Shown: positions 12,101-22,915 of the stretch, one piece after another
How the letters are laid out: the number at the start of each line of letters is the position of its first letter
How positions within the stretch are numbered: position 1 is the first letter of the stretch
Origin: Azolla caroliniana
Taxonomy: Eukaryota > Plantae > Polypodiophyta
Length of the DNA: 64,000 bases
Direction: 5' to 3'
Assembly: GCA_043228905.1 (NCBI GenBank)
Contig: JBHGNT010000004.1
Coordinates: 19,592,001 to 19,656,000 of the forward strand
Position numbers and translations under genes: made by a program
Notes under the pieces: model-generated
Seen by the model: the letters and a program-made list of their open reading frames with translations, nothing else
What the model was told of the DNA's origin: nothing
Databases searched by the model: none

Positions 12101-14652
12101 TCGACCGGTGAGGATCAACTCTACGAGGAGCAGTCCCGACCGGCAAGAGACCGGTTAGCACTCGAGGATCCGGCCGAAGACGGTGAAGAAACAGAACCGG
12201 CCGAAGAAGATGAAAATGATACCGGAACCGGCCCCGATCCCGAAATGGATTCGGATGAAGAAGAATCGGAAGAACCGGTTACCGAAGCTCCGGAACGGAG
12301 ATATCCTCTAAGAGAGAGAAGGGCCCCCCGGAGATTTCCAGAACCAGAGCACGTGCTGCTAACCGACGAGGGGGAGCCGGAGAGCTTTGAAGAAGCAAAG
12401 CATGACACCCAGAGCCGCAGGTGGTTGAGTGCCATGCAGGACGAGATGGATTCCCTGCATGAGAACCACACATATGAACTTGTGGAGTTGCCGAAAGGAA
12501 AGCGGGCACTTCGAAACAAGTGGGTGTTCAAGCTGAAACCGGGAGATGCCGGAAACCCCCCGAGATACAAAGCCAGGATCGTGGTGAAGGGGTTTCAGCA
12601 GAAGAAGGGCGTCGACTTCGACGAGATATTTGCCCCGGTAGTGAAGATGACCTCCATCCGGACGGTGCTGAGCATAGCGGCAAGCATGGACCTCGAGGTA
12701 GAACAGATGGACGTGAAGACGGCATTCCTTCACGGTGACCTCGAAGAAGAGATCTACATGCAGCAACCGGAAGGATTCGAGAAGAAAGGGAAGGAGCACC
12801 TGGTATGCCGGTTGAAGAAGAGCCTTTACGGACTGAAGCAGGCTCCCCGGCAATGGTACCGCAAGTTCGACTCCTTCATGACCGACGAAGGGTACCACAA
12901 AACGCAGTCTGATCACTGCGTGTTTGTGAAGAAGTTCGAAGGAGGAGACTCTCTAATACTCCTCCTGTACGTGGACGACATGTTGATCGTCGGACGGGAC
13001 CAGGTCAAGATACGGATGCTGAAGAAAGCGCTTCACCGAACCTTCTCAATGAAGGACCTGGGTCCGGCGAGGCAAATACTAGGGATGCACATCATCCGGG
13101 ACCGGAAGAAGAAGCAGTTGTGGCTGTCACAGGAGAAGTACGTGACAAAGGTGCTTCACCGGTTCAACATGTCGGAAGCAAGACCGGTCGGGTCAACCCT
13201 CCCGGCAAACTGCAAGTTGTCCAGCAAGCAGAGCCCCAAGACAAAGGCTGAGAAGGAGGACATGATGAAAGTACCATATGCCTCTGCCGTCGGAAGCTTG
13301 ATGTACGCAATGGTGTGTACAAGACCGGACATAGGATACGCAGTCGGAGTGGTGAGCCGGTACATGAGCAATCCCGGCAAAGACCACTGGAACGCGGTCA
13401 AGTGGATACTCCGATACCTGAAGGGCACGGCAAACGTGTGCCTCCGATTCGGCTCCGGTAAGCCCGAACTCGACGGCTTTACCGATTCGGATATGTCGGC
13501 TGATGAAGATACCAGCCGGTCCACATCAGGGTATGTGATGACGTATGCAGGAGGAGCTGTTTCGTGGCAGTCGAGGCTGCAGAAGACGGTTGCGCTGTCA
13601 ACCACGGAGGCGGAGTACATGGCGGCTGTTGAAGCCGGCAAGGAAATAATATGGATGAAGGACTTCATTAGAGAGCTCGGTATCCGACAAGAGGAGTACC
13701 GACTCTACTGCGACAGTCAGAGTGCCATCCACCTTGCGAAGAACGCGGCCTATCACTCCCGGACGAAGCACATCCAGCGAAGATATCACTGGATCCGGGA
13801 AAGGATAGAAGACCAGGAGTTCATGCTGACGAAGATCCACACGGAAGAGAACGGGTCAGATATGCTGACCAAAGTGCTCACACCCGACAAGCTGGAAGCG
13901 TGCCGGAAGAGGGTCGGATTGGAGAGACATCCCATGCCGAAGTGAAGGGGGAGTTTGTTGGGATTTCGGTCCCTCCGGATGGGATGTCCGGAGATGAATG
14001 ACGGCAAGCCCGGTTGCGGTTACGGAGCCGGATGATGAAGACCCCGGCTACGGAGCCGGATGATGAAGACCCCGGCTACGGTGCCGGATGATGAAGACCC
14101 CGGCTACGGAGCCGGATGATGAATACCCCGGCTACGGAGCCGGATGCTGAAGACCCCGGTTACAGAGCCGGATGACGAATGTACCCGGAGGGAGATCCGG
14201 ATGCGGGGACATATTTGTGAATATGTTTGCCAAGAGCCCTTGAGGCTATATTTGTAAATAGCCCGAAAGTCATATGTGTATAAATATGACTTAGGGCAAA
14301 CAGTTTATGTTGTTGCTCATTTTTCTGTTTTCCACTAAGAGGGAGCGTAGTGAGAGCAGCCGAGAGAGAGTGAGAGAGAAAGAGGAAGGAAGAGGTCGAC
14401 GCCTCTGTGTAATACCGCCGCCTGTGGCGAGGACAGCGAGCTCAAGGTCGTCGCCTTGCAGCTCGCCATTGTACATTCCCGCGTATAGTGATAGTTGGAG
14501 TCTTGCACTCCCGTGGTTTTTCCCATTTAGGGTTTTCCACGTAAAACATCCAGTGTACCCTTCTCTCTATTGTTTTTCGTGCATTGTTGTATTTCCCGTT
14601 TTCTGTGAATCGATCCTGTTCCTCGGTTGTGGCCGAGCACGGAATTCCGACA
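9172..14652 (+). mobile_element. Intact Ty1/copia LTR retrotransposon (Tnt1/Tork-like)
   Basis: LTRs 9172-9840 and 13956-14652 (TG...CA, nearly identical); TSD CAAGG; tRNA-iMet PBS TGGTATCAGAGC at 9844-9855; PPT GAAGGGGGAG at 13944-13953; one uninterrupted ORF. Confidence 0.98.
9872..13945 (+). CDS. Copia Gag-Pol polyprotein (1357 aa: gag, CCHC knuckle, protease, integrase, RT, RNase H)
   Basis: First ATG after the PBS is at 9872. Motifs CFHCGKPGHFRKNC, WVVDSGAS, LWHKRLCH, RADNGGEY, LYVDDML, SDMLTK. Confidence 0.97.
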   Translation: MEGGSSGQPGMMVLNAQNYADWKIKMEDLLIVRDLYEPIDRSEIPKGVLETEWRLLNRKAVATIRQYVDVSVLQHVANDTNAYEMWRKLSGLYERKNALNRTSLMRKIVNLKYRDGESMVEHVSTFMGFVNQLAAIKFPLEDAMQAIILMCTLPDSWENLVVTLSTSCTEDNLSLQTVKTSILNEEARRRDKEPASDSKALLTESERGRQWNRSPQRREKSGTRSQSRGRPTCFHCGKPGHFRKNCRHYRKDNGADDTDSKKSPERNGAYRGATDRRGPDRRGQDRKGTTALAASEEEIMLITEERELNLAGVEMTWVVDSGASFHLTPEKKYFSSYTAGEHGCVRMGNEGTCRIAGIGDVWLMTSTGCKMLLKDVRHVPEVRLNLISAGRLDDEGYTGSIRNGVMKFSKGSLIVARARKVNTLYLMNSRLCPEELNVAADTAGELWHKRLCHMSEKGMKRLAEDNLIPVKHVHLEKCTDCLAGKQNRTSFHSRPPTRRSAPLELVHTDVCQVETKSHGGAQYFVTFIDDHSRKLWTAPLKTKDQVLSVFKELHARVERESGKKLKAIRADNGGEYRGQFAEYCRSKGIRLEFTVPKTPELNGLAERMNRTIMERVRSMLAHAKLPKGFWAEAMSTATYVINRSPSVPLDGDTPQKVWTGKEVSYRHLKVFGCLVYVHVAKDRRGKLDPKTRPCIFLGYGDDEFGYRVWDPVDKKIFRSRDIIFMENKTLADWESEKKMKSSKSTGEDQLYEEQSRPARDRLALEDPAEDGEETEPAEEDENDTGTGPDPEMDSDEEESEEPVTEAPERRYPLRERRAPRRFPEPEHVLLTDEGEPESFEEAKHDTQSRRWLSAMQDEMDSLHENHTYELVELPKGKRALRNKWVFKLKPGDAGNPPRYKARIVVKGFQQKKGVDFDEIFAPVVKMTSIRTVLSIAASMDLEVEQMDVKTAFLHGDLEEEIYMQQPEGFEKKGKEHLVCRLKKSLYGLKQAPRQWYRKFDSFMTDEGYHKTQSDHCVFVKKFEGGDSLILLLYVDDMLIVGRDQVKIRMLKKALHRTFSMKDLGPARQILGMHIIRDRKKKQLWLSQEKYVTKVLHRFNMSEARPVGSTLPANCKLSSKQSPKTKAEKEDMMKVPYASAVGSLMYAMVCTRPDIGYAVGVVSRYMSNPGKDHWNAVKWILRYLKGTANVCLRFGSGKPELDGFTDSDMSADEDTSRSTSGYVMTYAGGAVSWQSRLQKTVALSTTEAEYMAAVEAGKEIIWMKDFIRELGIRQEEYRLYCDSQSAIHLAKNAAYHSRTKHIQRRYHWIRERIEDQEFMLTKIHTEENGSDMLTKVLTPDKLEACRKRVGLERHPMPK

Positions 14653-15749
14653 CAAGGTGCCTCTATTGGAGGCATATGGCTACGAGAGACTGAAGGGACG
14701 AGGTCGGCCTGAGTTCGCCCAATGGGTGGCATCGGTGAAGACCTGCCAAGGTGTGACACAAGCATTCCTAGATTTTGAGCGTCCCTTTTCTCAACTCTCA
14801 GAGCAAGAACAAAGATTGGTGGGGGTGGATGTCCTCCTTAGTCCGAAACCCAGGTGGTCCCGCTCAAGTAGCACATGCACGCGAGCATTTTCGCAACATC
14901 ATTTGGTGAACACGACGTGAATCCATCATGTGTCACACCTAGCGGCGCATGTAAATTACCACTACTCAACAAGAAGGAAAAGTGTTGGATACAAGACGTC
15001 GAGAATGTCCTGAAAGAAGAAAGCATAATAGGAGAAGAAGAATTCGTGACTCATATTCTGGAAGAAGCCTCATTTAACGCCACCATCAGCGAAATCGAGG
15101 AAGTTGTGGACTTGAGCTATCTTCGTGATCAACACATGATTTCGGTTAACTCCATCAACATGTACGTTGTCATCGATGAATATCATTGAGGCATCTTGAT
15201 GGAGGAAGCTGAAGTCAACACTAAATATAAAACAGTGGATAGGAAAATGAAGCCAGTTGTGGTTCCACTACCGGAAGATAGCTAGCAAAAGTTGAAGAAA
15301 GTTGTGAACTATCCAAGCTTAGGGAATCCGAAGAGAATAGGTCATGTCTTCACTGAAGAGACGAAAGGAAAACTACGAGTTAAAAGGGTGGATTTCATCC
15401 TCCCTAAAAAAGAGCAAATGTTCTGCGGAATGCTTCAAAGACATGGGACGGCTTTCGCATTTTTCCCATAGGAAATCGGATGTGTTGATCCAAGGACGAC
15501 AAAACCAATGGTGATTTTCACGGTGACACATATGCCTTGGAAGTTGATTGAGCTCTTAAAGGAGAAGGTGAATATAGGAATTTTGTAATTGTCAAACACT
15601 CCTTACTCTAATAGGTGGTTCACGGTGCCAAAGACGAATGGATCGTTGTGATTCATCCAAGATCTTCAACCAATCAACATGGTGACAATTCGGAATGCTA
15701 GAATCGGTTCGAGTGTGGATGAATTTGCCGAGGCATTTACGGGCCGGTC

Positions 15750-16278
15750 TCATGATTACTAGTCATGCCAAAGCTCGAACCCTCGACCCTAACACTCATC
15801 TTATAGCACCTTACCCACTAGGTCATTTAGATTATATGATAATAATTCATGTCATTATTAAGAGATGTATGTATACAACATTATAGAACATTCTAGATCA
15901 TTATGGAACATTGTGGAACTTTCTAGAACATTTAAGGAAACTCATGAAGGGATGACACGTGGCATTGCTTGCTCTTGCATGTGTCATTACCTACTCTTAT
16001 AAATTGAAGCCCCTCACTATTTTCAAGTTATTCCGGTTGAACACCAATCTCCAGCCTTCTAGCCTACATTATCAATCATTCTCATAATTCTCTAGTTGTA
16101 ACATTCTCTCTTTATAATAAATATCTCACCATTCTGCTTCAACAAGAAACTCTATCTTTTCTCTTGTCCGTGTGCAAACTACTAGTTATAATATTCTCTC
16201 TTTATAATAATAATAATATCTCCATTCCACTTCTTCCAAATATCCTTATCCCTTTTCTCTTGTCCGCGTGCTGACAAT
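15750..16278 (+). mobile_element. Solo LTR-like insertion in the gypsy RT
   Basis: Flanked by CGGTC (15745-15749 / 16279-16283); removing it restores EAFTGRSIYS. TATAAAT at 15998; ends ...CTGACAAT; internal ~90-bp tandem duplication at about 16093-16271. Confidence 0.8.
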
Positions 16279-17716
16279 CGGTCCATCTACTCCGTTGGCG
16301 ATTTCTACTCTAGACATGATCAATTCCAGTTGGCGGTTGACAGTCATGACATTACAACCATGAGGACTCCGATCGGGCTTGTGCATATGTGTACCTTACC
16401 TCAAGGTGCAACGAACTCAGTGGCTCATATGGTGAATGCCATGAACAAGGTCTTGAAGGATTGCATCCCGGGAATCACGATGCCCTTCTTGGATGATATT
16501 CCGATAAAAGGATGTTTGGATGAGGAGAAGGATGGATCAAAAGATAAGGATGGATGTAGAAAGTTCGTCATGGATGATATGAAGGATTGTGAGAAGGTGT
16601 TGCAAAGGCTCGAAGATGCGAATTTGACATTTTCGGGAGAAAAGTCTGTATTCGGGCAATCGGAGATCTTGGTGGTAGGTCACTTGTGTGGAGCATACGA
16701 CCGGAAGCCTTCACCATCCAAGGTGAATGCAATCCAGGACATGAAAGAAGAATATGTAACCCAAACGGAGGTTTAAAGGTTCATTGGAGCATGTGTGTTT
16801 CATCATATTTGGATTCCACACTACGCCCACATTGTTGAGACATTGTACGGTCTACCGAAGAAGAAGTAGAGGTTTGAATGTATTAGTCAGCATGCTTTCA
16901 CAATCCAAAGGCTGAAGAAATTACTGATGGAGGCACCTGCATTACAGAAGGTGGACTATTCAGAAGGCAAGCCCATTTTCATGACCGGTAGTCCGACCGG
17001 AATCGGATAAGTTATCAACCAAGAAGACAAAGATTGCAACCGATACGCAATTCAGTTTGGCATGAAAGTGTTAAGTGACAGGCAAAGAAAGTATGCCCAA
17101 GTGAAGAGGGAGTTGTGGGGAATCGTATCAGCGATCAAGTATGATCGTGACTATCTCATTAGAGCGGAAGTCATAATCAAGACAGATTGCCTACCAATCT
17201 TGGACATGATATCTGGTTGTAGTACACCAGATATTGCCATGTTAAGTTGAATCGCATATATCAAATAAGTCAACCCGGAGATCCATCATATAGCTGGGAA
17301 CCATAATGTCGTTGCAAACATGCTATCACAGGCGAGATACAACGGAGAACAAGATCGACATTCTGATGAAGAGGATATTGGCTTGGACTTCTTTCCAAGT
17401 TCCTACGCTCGGGTGCTGAATACTTTCATAGAAGAGGACTACGAAGGCGAATTCGTGGAGATCGGGAAATACTTGAGTTCTCTCCAAAGAGATGAATCAT
17501 GGTTGACGGAAGACTTACACTGAATTCGGAAGAAGGCGTACAAGTATTTCCTTAAGGATGGAGCTCTTTGAAGGCATGCGACGAAGAAGAATGGGACTTC
17601 AATGAGACCAACAAAAACTGATGTCGGAATTTCATGATAGTGTTTGGACAGGCCATCGAGGAATATGGGCTATGTTCGCGAAGTTAAAAGAGCAATATTG
17701 GTGGCCGGTCATCTAC

Positions 17717-18372
17717 TGTCATGATATGGCAAGACTCGAACCCATGACCTTATGCTACATGGGTCGAGCTCTTATCATTAGACTATGAATTGTATTTTGT
17801 AGGATATTATTTTTATTTATGCTTTATCATAGAAAATTGATGTATATTCCAGATCTCTCTAGAACATTCTAGAAGTTTCAGGATTATTCCTAAAAACACT
17901 ATAAAAGGAGGCACAAGGCATTGTTTTGAACCAAATTGGTTCAACACCAGTCTTAAGCCTCTTAGTCAATTTGTACTTATCTTTCATATAATATAAGAGC
18001 TGCTGTCATCATCCTACTTCTCTCTCTCTCCTCTTCTCACTTCCTCTCTCTCGGGAATCTTACGCAGTCCCGTCCTCTTAGTACTAATAGTACTACTCTT
18101 CTTAGTACTAATTCCATCTCTGCTTTAGTACTATTCCTGACAGTTTGAACCAATTTGGTTCAAAACAATGCCTTGTGCCTCCTTTTATAGTGTTTTTAGG
18201 AATAATCCTGAAACTTCACGAATGTTCTAGAGAGATCTGGAATATACATCAATTTTCTATGATAAAGCATAAATAAAAATAATATCCTACAAAATACAAT
18301 TCATAGTCTAATGGTAAGAGCTCGACCCATGTAACATAAGGTCATGGGTTCGAGTCTTGCCATATCATGACA
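17717..18372. mobile_element. Fold-back LTR-derived insertion with 228-bp inverted arms
   Basis: Arms 17717-17944 and 18145-18372, about 4 mismatches by eye; TSD TCTAC; interrupts the host integrase zinc-finger region. Confidence 0.92.
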
Positions 18373-19468
18373 TCTACAAGGATGTAGCAGCTTACATGGA
18401 AACATGTAAGGAATGTTAGATGTTTTCGAATGTTCGCCATCGAGTTGAACTTCATCCGACTTACCCGTTGGCTATGCATTACAAGTGGATGGTGGACATT
18501 GTAATGATGCCAATGGGGCGATGGCAGATGAAGTATCTTGTGTTGCTCGCAAGAGAGTAGCTTACCAGTCAAGTTGAAGGGTGAGCAGGTGGACGCCAAT
18601 GAAGCTAGAGAATTCTTCTCTAGGATGCGAATTAAGTTATCTCTTACCACAACATATAATCCAGAAGCGAATGGGAAAGTGGAACGTGGACATGGACCAA
18701 TTGTGAAGGTTCTCGTGAAAGCTTGCCATGGGAAAATAGGTGAATCAACTTCGTCCGAGGAAAATCGTTGAAGGAGATTGGGTGTTGGTCTACGACAGTA
18801 GCCTAAAATACCAACATAGTACGGGTCAAAAAAATTCGCAGTGATGGTTTGGACAATATGTGGTGAAGAAAGTGGAAGATAATGTGACATATTGTTTAGC
18901 AGAACTGGATGGTACATCACTTGCTTTGCCAATTTCCGGGAAAAGAATCAAGATCTTCAAGGGAAGAGACTGAATGGAAATTAGACTCGAAGCTTTAGAC
19001 GATTCAATATTGGGCATCAATGACGAAGTAGAGTAATCAAAAGAGGAGCCTCACCATAATTGGCACATACCGGTGGATGTGCAAGTTTGGTGGGGGTGAA
19101 TGTCGTGTGGTTCTTCACACACGATATAAAAAATAATGAAATAATTCTTTTAGATTAGCTTAATGGCTTGGTACAAAAAGATGGACGTCTTCAAGGGCTC
19201 CCAAATGCATTTTACTACGTATGAAACAGACAACTATGTATCAAGTTATGTGTGTATGAAGCTAGAGAAAAGATGAGGGAATAGAATAGTAAGATATCCC
19301 ACATTAATAGGAACACATTGGATCTAGAAGTATATAACCAGACCCAGAACCTATCAATTCATATTTGGGCATTCGGAGTATGGGCCATTCGGGGATCCGT
19401 AGTGGAACTGGACTACTTAGAAAGGTTTGGAACAACCTAATTGCTCAGAACGGTTTGGAACAGTCAGG

Positions 19469-22400
19469 GCGATCCGTAGTGCACGAGCCGAACTGTACGG
19501 GCGGTAGGATGATGTAGCTAAATTGTAAGGATAGTCGCATGTGGCAATCCGTAGTGCACCGGCCGAACTATATGGACATTACGATGATGCGATCCGTAGT
19601 GCACGAGCCGAACTGTGCGAACGGTAGGATGATGCAGCTAAATTGTAAGGATGGTCGCATGTGGCAATCCGTAGTGCACCGGCCGAACTGTATGGACAGT
19701 ACGATGATGTGGCTGAATTGTAAGGATGGTTGCATGTGGCGATCCTAGTGCACAGGTCGAGCTGTACGGACGGTAGGATGGTGCGACTGAATTGTAAGGA
19801 TGGTTGCATGTGGCGATCCGTAGTGCACGGGCTGAACTGTACGGACGGTAGGATGATGCAACCAAATTGTAGTATGTCGCATGTGGGACATCGTAACTAA
19901 ACGTGGAGCCCATGTGGGACGCATGTAACTAAGTTGGAGATGCAAACTGGAGTTCCTTCATCCAAGTGCAGATATGTTTGGGTCGAAAAACCTGGAATCC
20001 TAGGGTGGATATTTGCTCGCAAAGGCCGCAATGATCCGTAGTGCAAGAGCCAAACTGTACGGACGATATGATGATGCGGCTAAATTGTAAGGATGGTGGC
20101 ATGTGGCAATCCGTAGTGCACGGGCCGAACTGTATGGATGGTAGGATGATGCGGCTGAATTGTAAGGATGGTCACATGTGGCGATCCGTAGTGCACGTGC
20201 CGAACTATACGCGGGGGTAGGATGATGCAATTGAATTGTAAGAATGGTCGCATGTGGGACACTGTAACTGAACGTGGAGGCCATGTCAGCATGTGGCAAT
20301 CTGTAGTGCATGGGCCAAACTGTACGGACGGTAGGATGATGGGACTGAATTGTAAGGATAGTATGTCGCATGTGGGACACTGTAATTGAACGTGGAGCAC
20401 ATGTGGGACACATGTAACTAAGCTAGAGGTGCACACTAGAGTTACTTCATGCAAGTGCAATGCAAGTGCACATATCTTTGGGTGGAAAAACCCGGAATCT
20501 TGGGCGAGATATTGCTCGCAAAGGCTGGGGCGATCCATAGTGCACAAGCCGAACTGTACACACAGTAGGATGATGTAGCTAAATTGTAAGGATGGTTGCA
20601 TGTGACGATTCGTAGTGCACAAGCCGAAACTGTACAGACGGTAGGATGATGCGGTTGAATTGTAAGTATGGTCACATGTGGCAATCCATAGTGAATGGGC
20701 CGAACTGTACGGATGGTAGGATGATGCGGCTGAATTGTAAGGATGGTCGCATGTGACAATCCATAATGCACGTGCCGAACTGTAGGGACGGTAGGATGAT
20801 GCGATTGAATTGTAAGGATGGTCCCATGTGGGACACCGTAACTGAACGTGGAGGCCATGTGGGCATGTGGCGATCCGTAGTGCACGGGCCGAATTGTACG
20901 GACAGTAGGATGATGTGACTAAAATGTAAGGATGGTCGCATGTGGGACAGCGTAATTGAACGAGGAGCCCATGTGGGACGCATGTAACTAAGCTGAAGAT
21001 GCAAACTAGAGTTCCTTCATGCAAGTGTAAATATCTTTGGGTGGAAAAACCCGGAATCCTAGGGGGAATTTTGCTCGCAAAGGCCCGAGCGATCCATAGT
21101 GCACGAGCCGAATTGTACGGACGGTAAGATGATGCGGTTGAATTTTAAGGATAGTCGCATGTGGCGATCCGTAGTGCACGGGTCGAACTGTACGGATGGT
21201 AGGATGATGTAGCTAAATTGTAAGGATGGTCACCTGTGGCGATCTGTAGTGCACGGTCCGAACTGTACGGATGGTAGGATCATGCGACTGAATTGTAAGG
21301 ATGGTGTCGCATGTGGGACACCATAACTGAACTTGGTGCCCATGTGGGACGCATGTAACTAAGCTGAAGATGCAAACTAGAGTTCCTTCATGCAAGTGGA
21401 GATATCTTCAGGTGGAAAAACTCGGAATCCTGAGGGGGAATTCTGCTCGGAAAGGCTAGGGCGATCCGTAGCGCACGACCCGAACTGTACGGACGGTAGG
21501 ATGATGCGGATGCATTGTAAGGATGGTCGCACGTGGCGATCCGTTGTCGTGAAGATCCGTCACTACGCGTGGATCGTGAGGCGGAACCGCCGGGGTTCTG
21601 GACCAGAAGGATTTAGAGTCGATACAAGCTTTGGCGAGAAAGCACTTAAGATAGATTGGGAAAGAGAGAAGATGAGATTACACAATTGATTTGATAACGA
21701 ATTTCTTGTTCTTAATTTTCATAAAAAAAAACTGTCCTTTTTCTCCTCCCCCCTCCCTCTTTTATAGATGCTCTCATGCATATGATGCATGTGAGGGTAC
21801 AAGGCATGCATAAATTGCATGTTTGTCATTTGGCGCTTAAGTATTACATGTGGTGCATGCTAACCACGTCATTCATTTTAGCACTCATGGATGAGAATTT
21901 ACATGTAAAAGTACAATGATAGAAATATAATTTCAACTAAATACTATGGCTTAATGGTAAGCCATTTGACTCCTAACTTGGAGGTGCAAGGTTCGAATCC
22001 ATACTTGCCCTCCTTGTATATGTAAATATGTATATATTTTTATATATTTATTTTATCTAGTCGCCGGTTCGCCGGATGCCGTCGCCGGATGCCGCCGCCG
22101 GATGCCGACGCCGCATGCCGCCATCGGATTGCGGTCGGATGCCGTCGGATCACCGGCTCCATCGCCGGTCCGGTTTTGGTTGGCCAAAACCCTTTACGAG
22201 TAGCTAGCCACCTCCACTCTAAGTTCAAGTTACCTTGAACTCTCTATGCTCCACACATAGACACAAAGATAATATCTTTTGCTCCACCTTATATATGATG
22301 AGAGCCGTATTTGTCGTGCCTATGTGGGATATCTCACAATTTTCTCTTTTCTTTTCACAAACTTTATACCCTCATATCTTGACATTTAGTTGTCCATTTC

Positions 22401-22915
22401 TCGTGTAATAAAGTGCATTCGAAACCTCCATCATTTTGTACTTTAGATATTAAAAATGTTATCTTCACAATTATTGTATTACATGATTCATACTCGATTT
22501 TGTACGTTTTATGGGATTTTCACACTATTGTCGAAAATCTTCACGACACCGTAGTGCACGGGCCGAACTGTACGGACGCTAGGATGATGTGGCTGAATTG
22601 TAAGCATGGTCGCATGTGGCGATCCATAGTGCACGGGCCAAACTGTACGGATGCTAGGATGATGCGACTGAACGTGGAATAGCGTAACTGAACATGGAGG
22701 CCATGTGGGCATGTGGCGATCCGTAGTGCACGGGCCGAATTGTACGGACAGTAGGATGATGTGACTAAAATGTAAGGATGGTCGCATGTGGGATAGCGTA
22801 ACTGAACGTGGAGGCCATGTGGGACACATGTAACTAAGCTGGAGATGCAAACTTGAGTTCCTTCATGCAAGGGCAAATGTCTTCGGGTGGAAAAACCTTG
22901 AATCCTGGTGGGGGA
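19469..22915. repeat. Tandem array of a 75-bp monomer with a periodic ~140-bp linker (higher-order structure)
   Basis: Monomer approximately GCGATCCGTAGTGCACGGGCCGAACTGTACGGACGGTAGGATGATGCGGCTGAATTGTAAGGATGGTCGCATGTG (first two starts 19471 and 19546). Linker CATGTAACTAAG...GGAATCC recurs near 19920, 20410, 20980, 21350 and 22830. Confidence 0.95.
21545..22548 (-). mobile_element. Solo LTR-like insertion in the tandem array, with 4-bp TSD
   Basis: Perfect 12-bp terminal inverted repeat TGTCGTGAAGAT/ATCTTCACGACA; CCGT at 21541-21544 and 22549-22552. The minus-strand 3' end resembles those of 6200-6968 and 28230-29038. Confidence 0.88.

Larger units (their letters stand above)
9005..19100 (+). 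mobile_element. Decayed Ty3/gypsy element hosting three later insertions; 3' LTR probably starts at 19101
   Basis: Gag frame is split by the copia at 9172-14652. RT MCTLPQGATNSVAHM and PFLDDIPIKG (16330-16776); RNase H KYAQVKRELWG and TDCLPIL; integrase YWWPVIY|KDVAAYMETCKEC and TTYNPEANGKVERGH. A purine-rich tract GGTGGGGGTGAA precedes TGTCGT at 19101. Confidence 0.85.

Noticed and set aside
9925-13840. Many antisense and alternate-frame ORFs over the copia gag-pol (also 40002-49396)
   Set aside because: Shadow ORFs of GC-rich coding sequence with no recognisable domains.
21940-22012. Functional tRNA genes at the A/B-box modules
   Set aside because: I could not fold intact acceptor and T stems or a canonical anticodon loop, so they are reported only as tRNA-like.
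19469-22915. CRISPR-like array, or the 314-aa ORF at 20080-21024 as a gene
   Set aside because: Units are contiguous monomers with no unique spacers and no cas genes. The ORFs follow from a 75-bp (multiple of 3) repeat.
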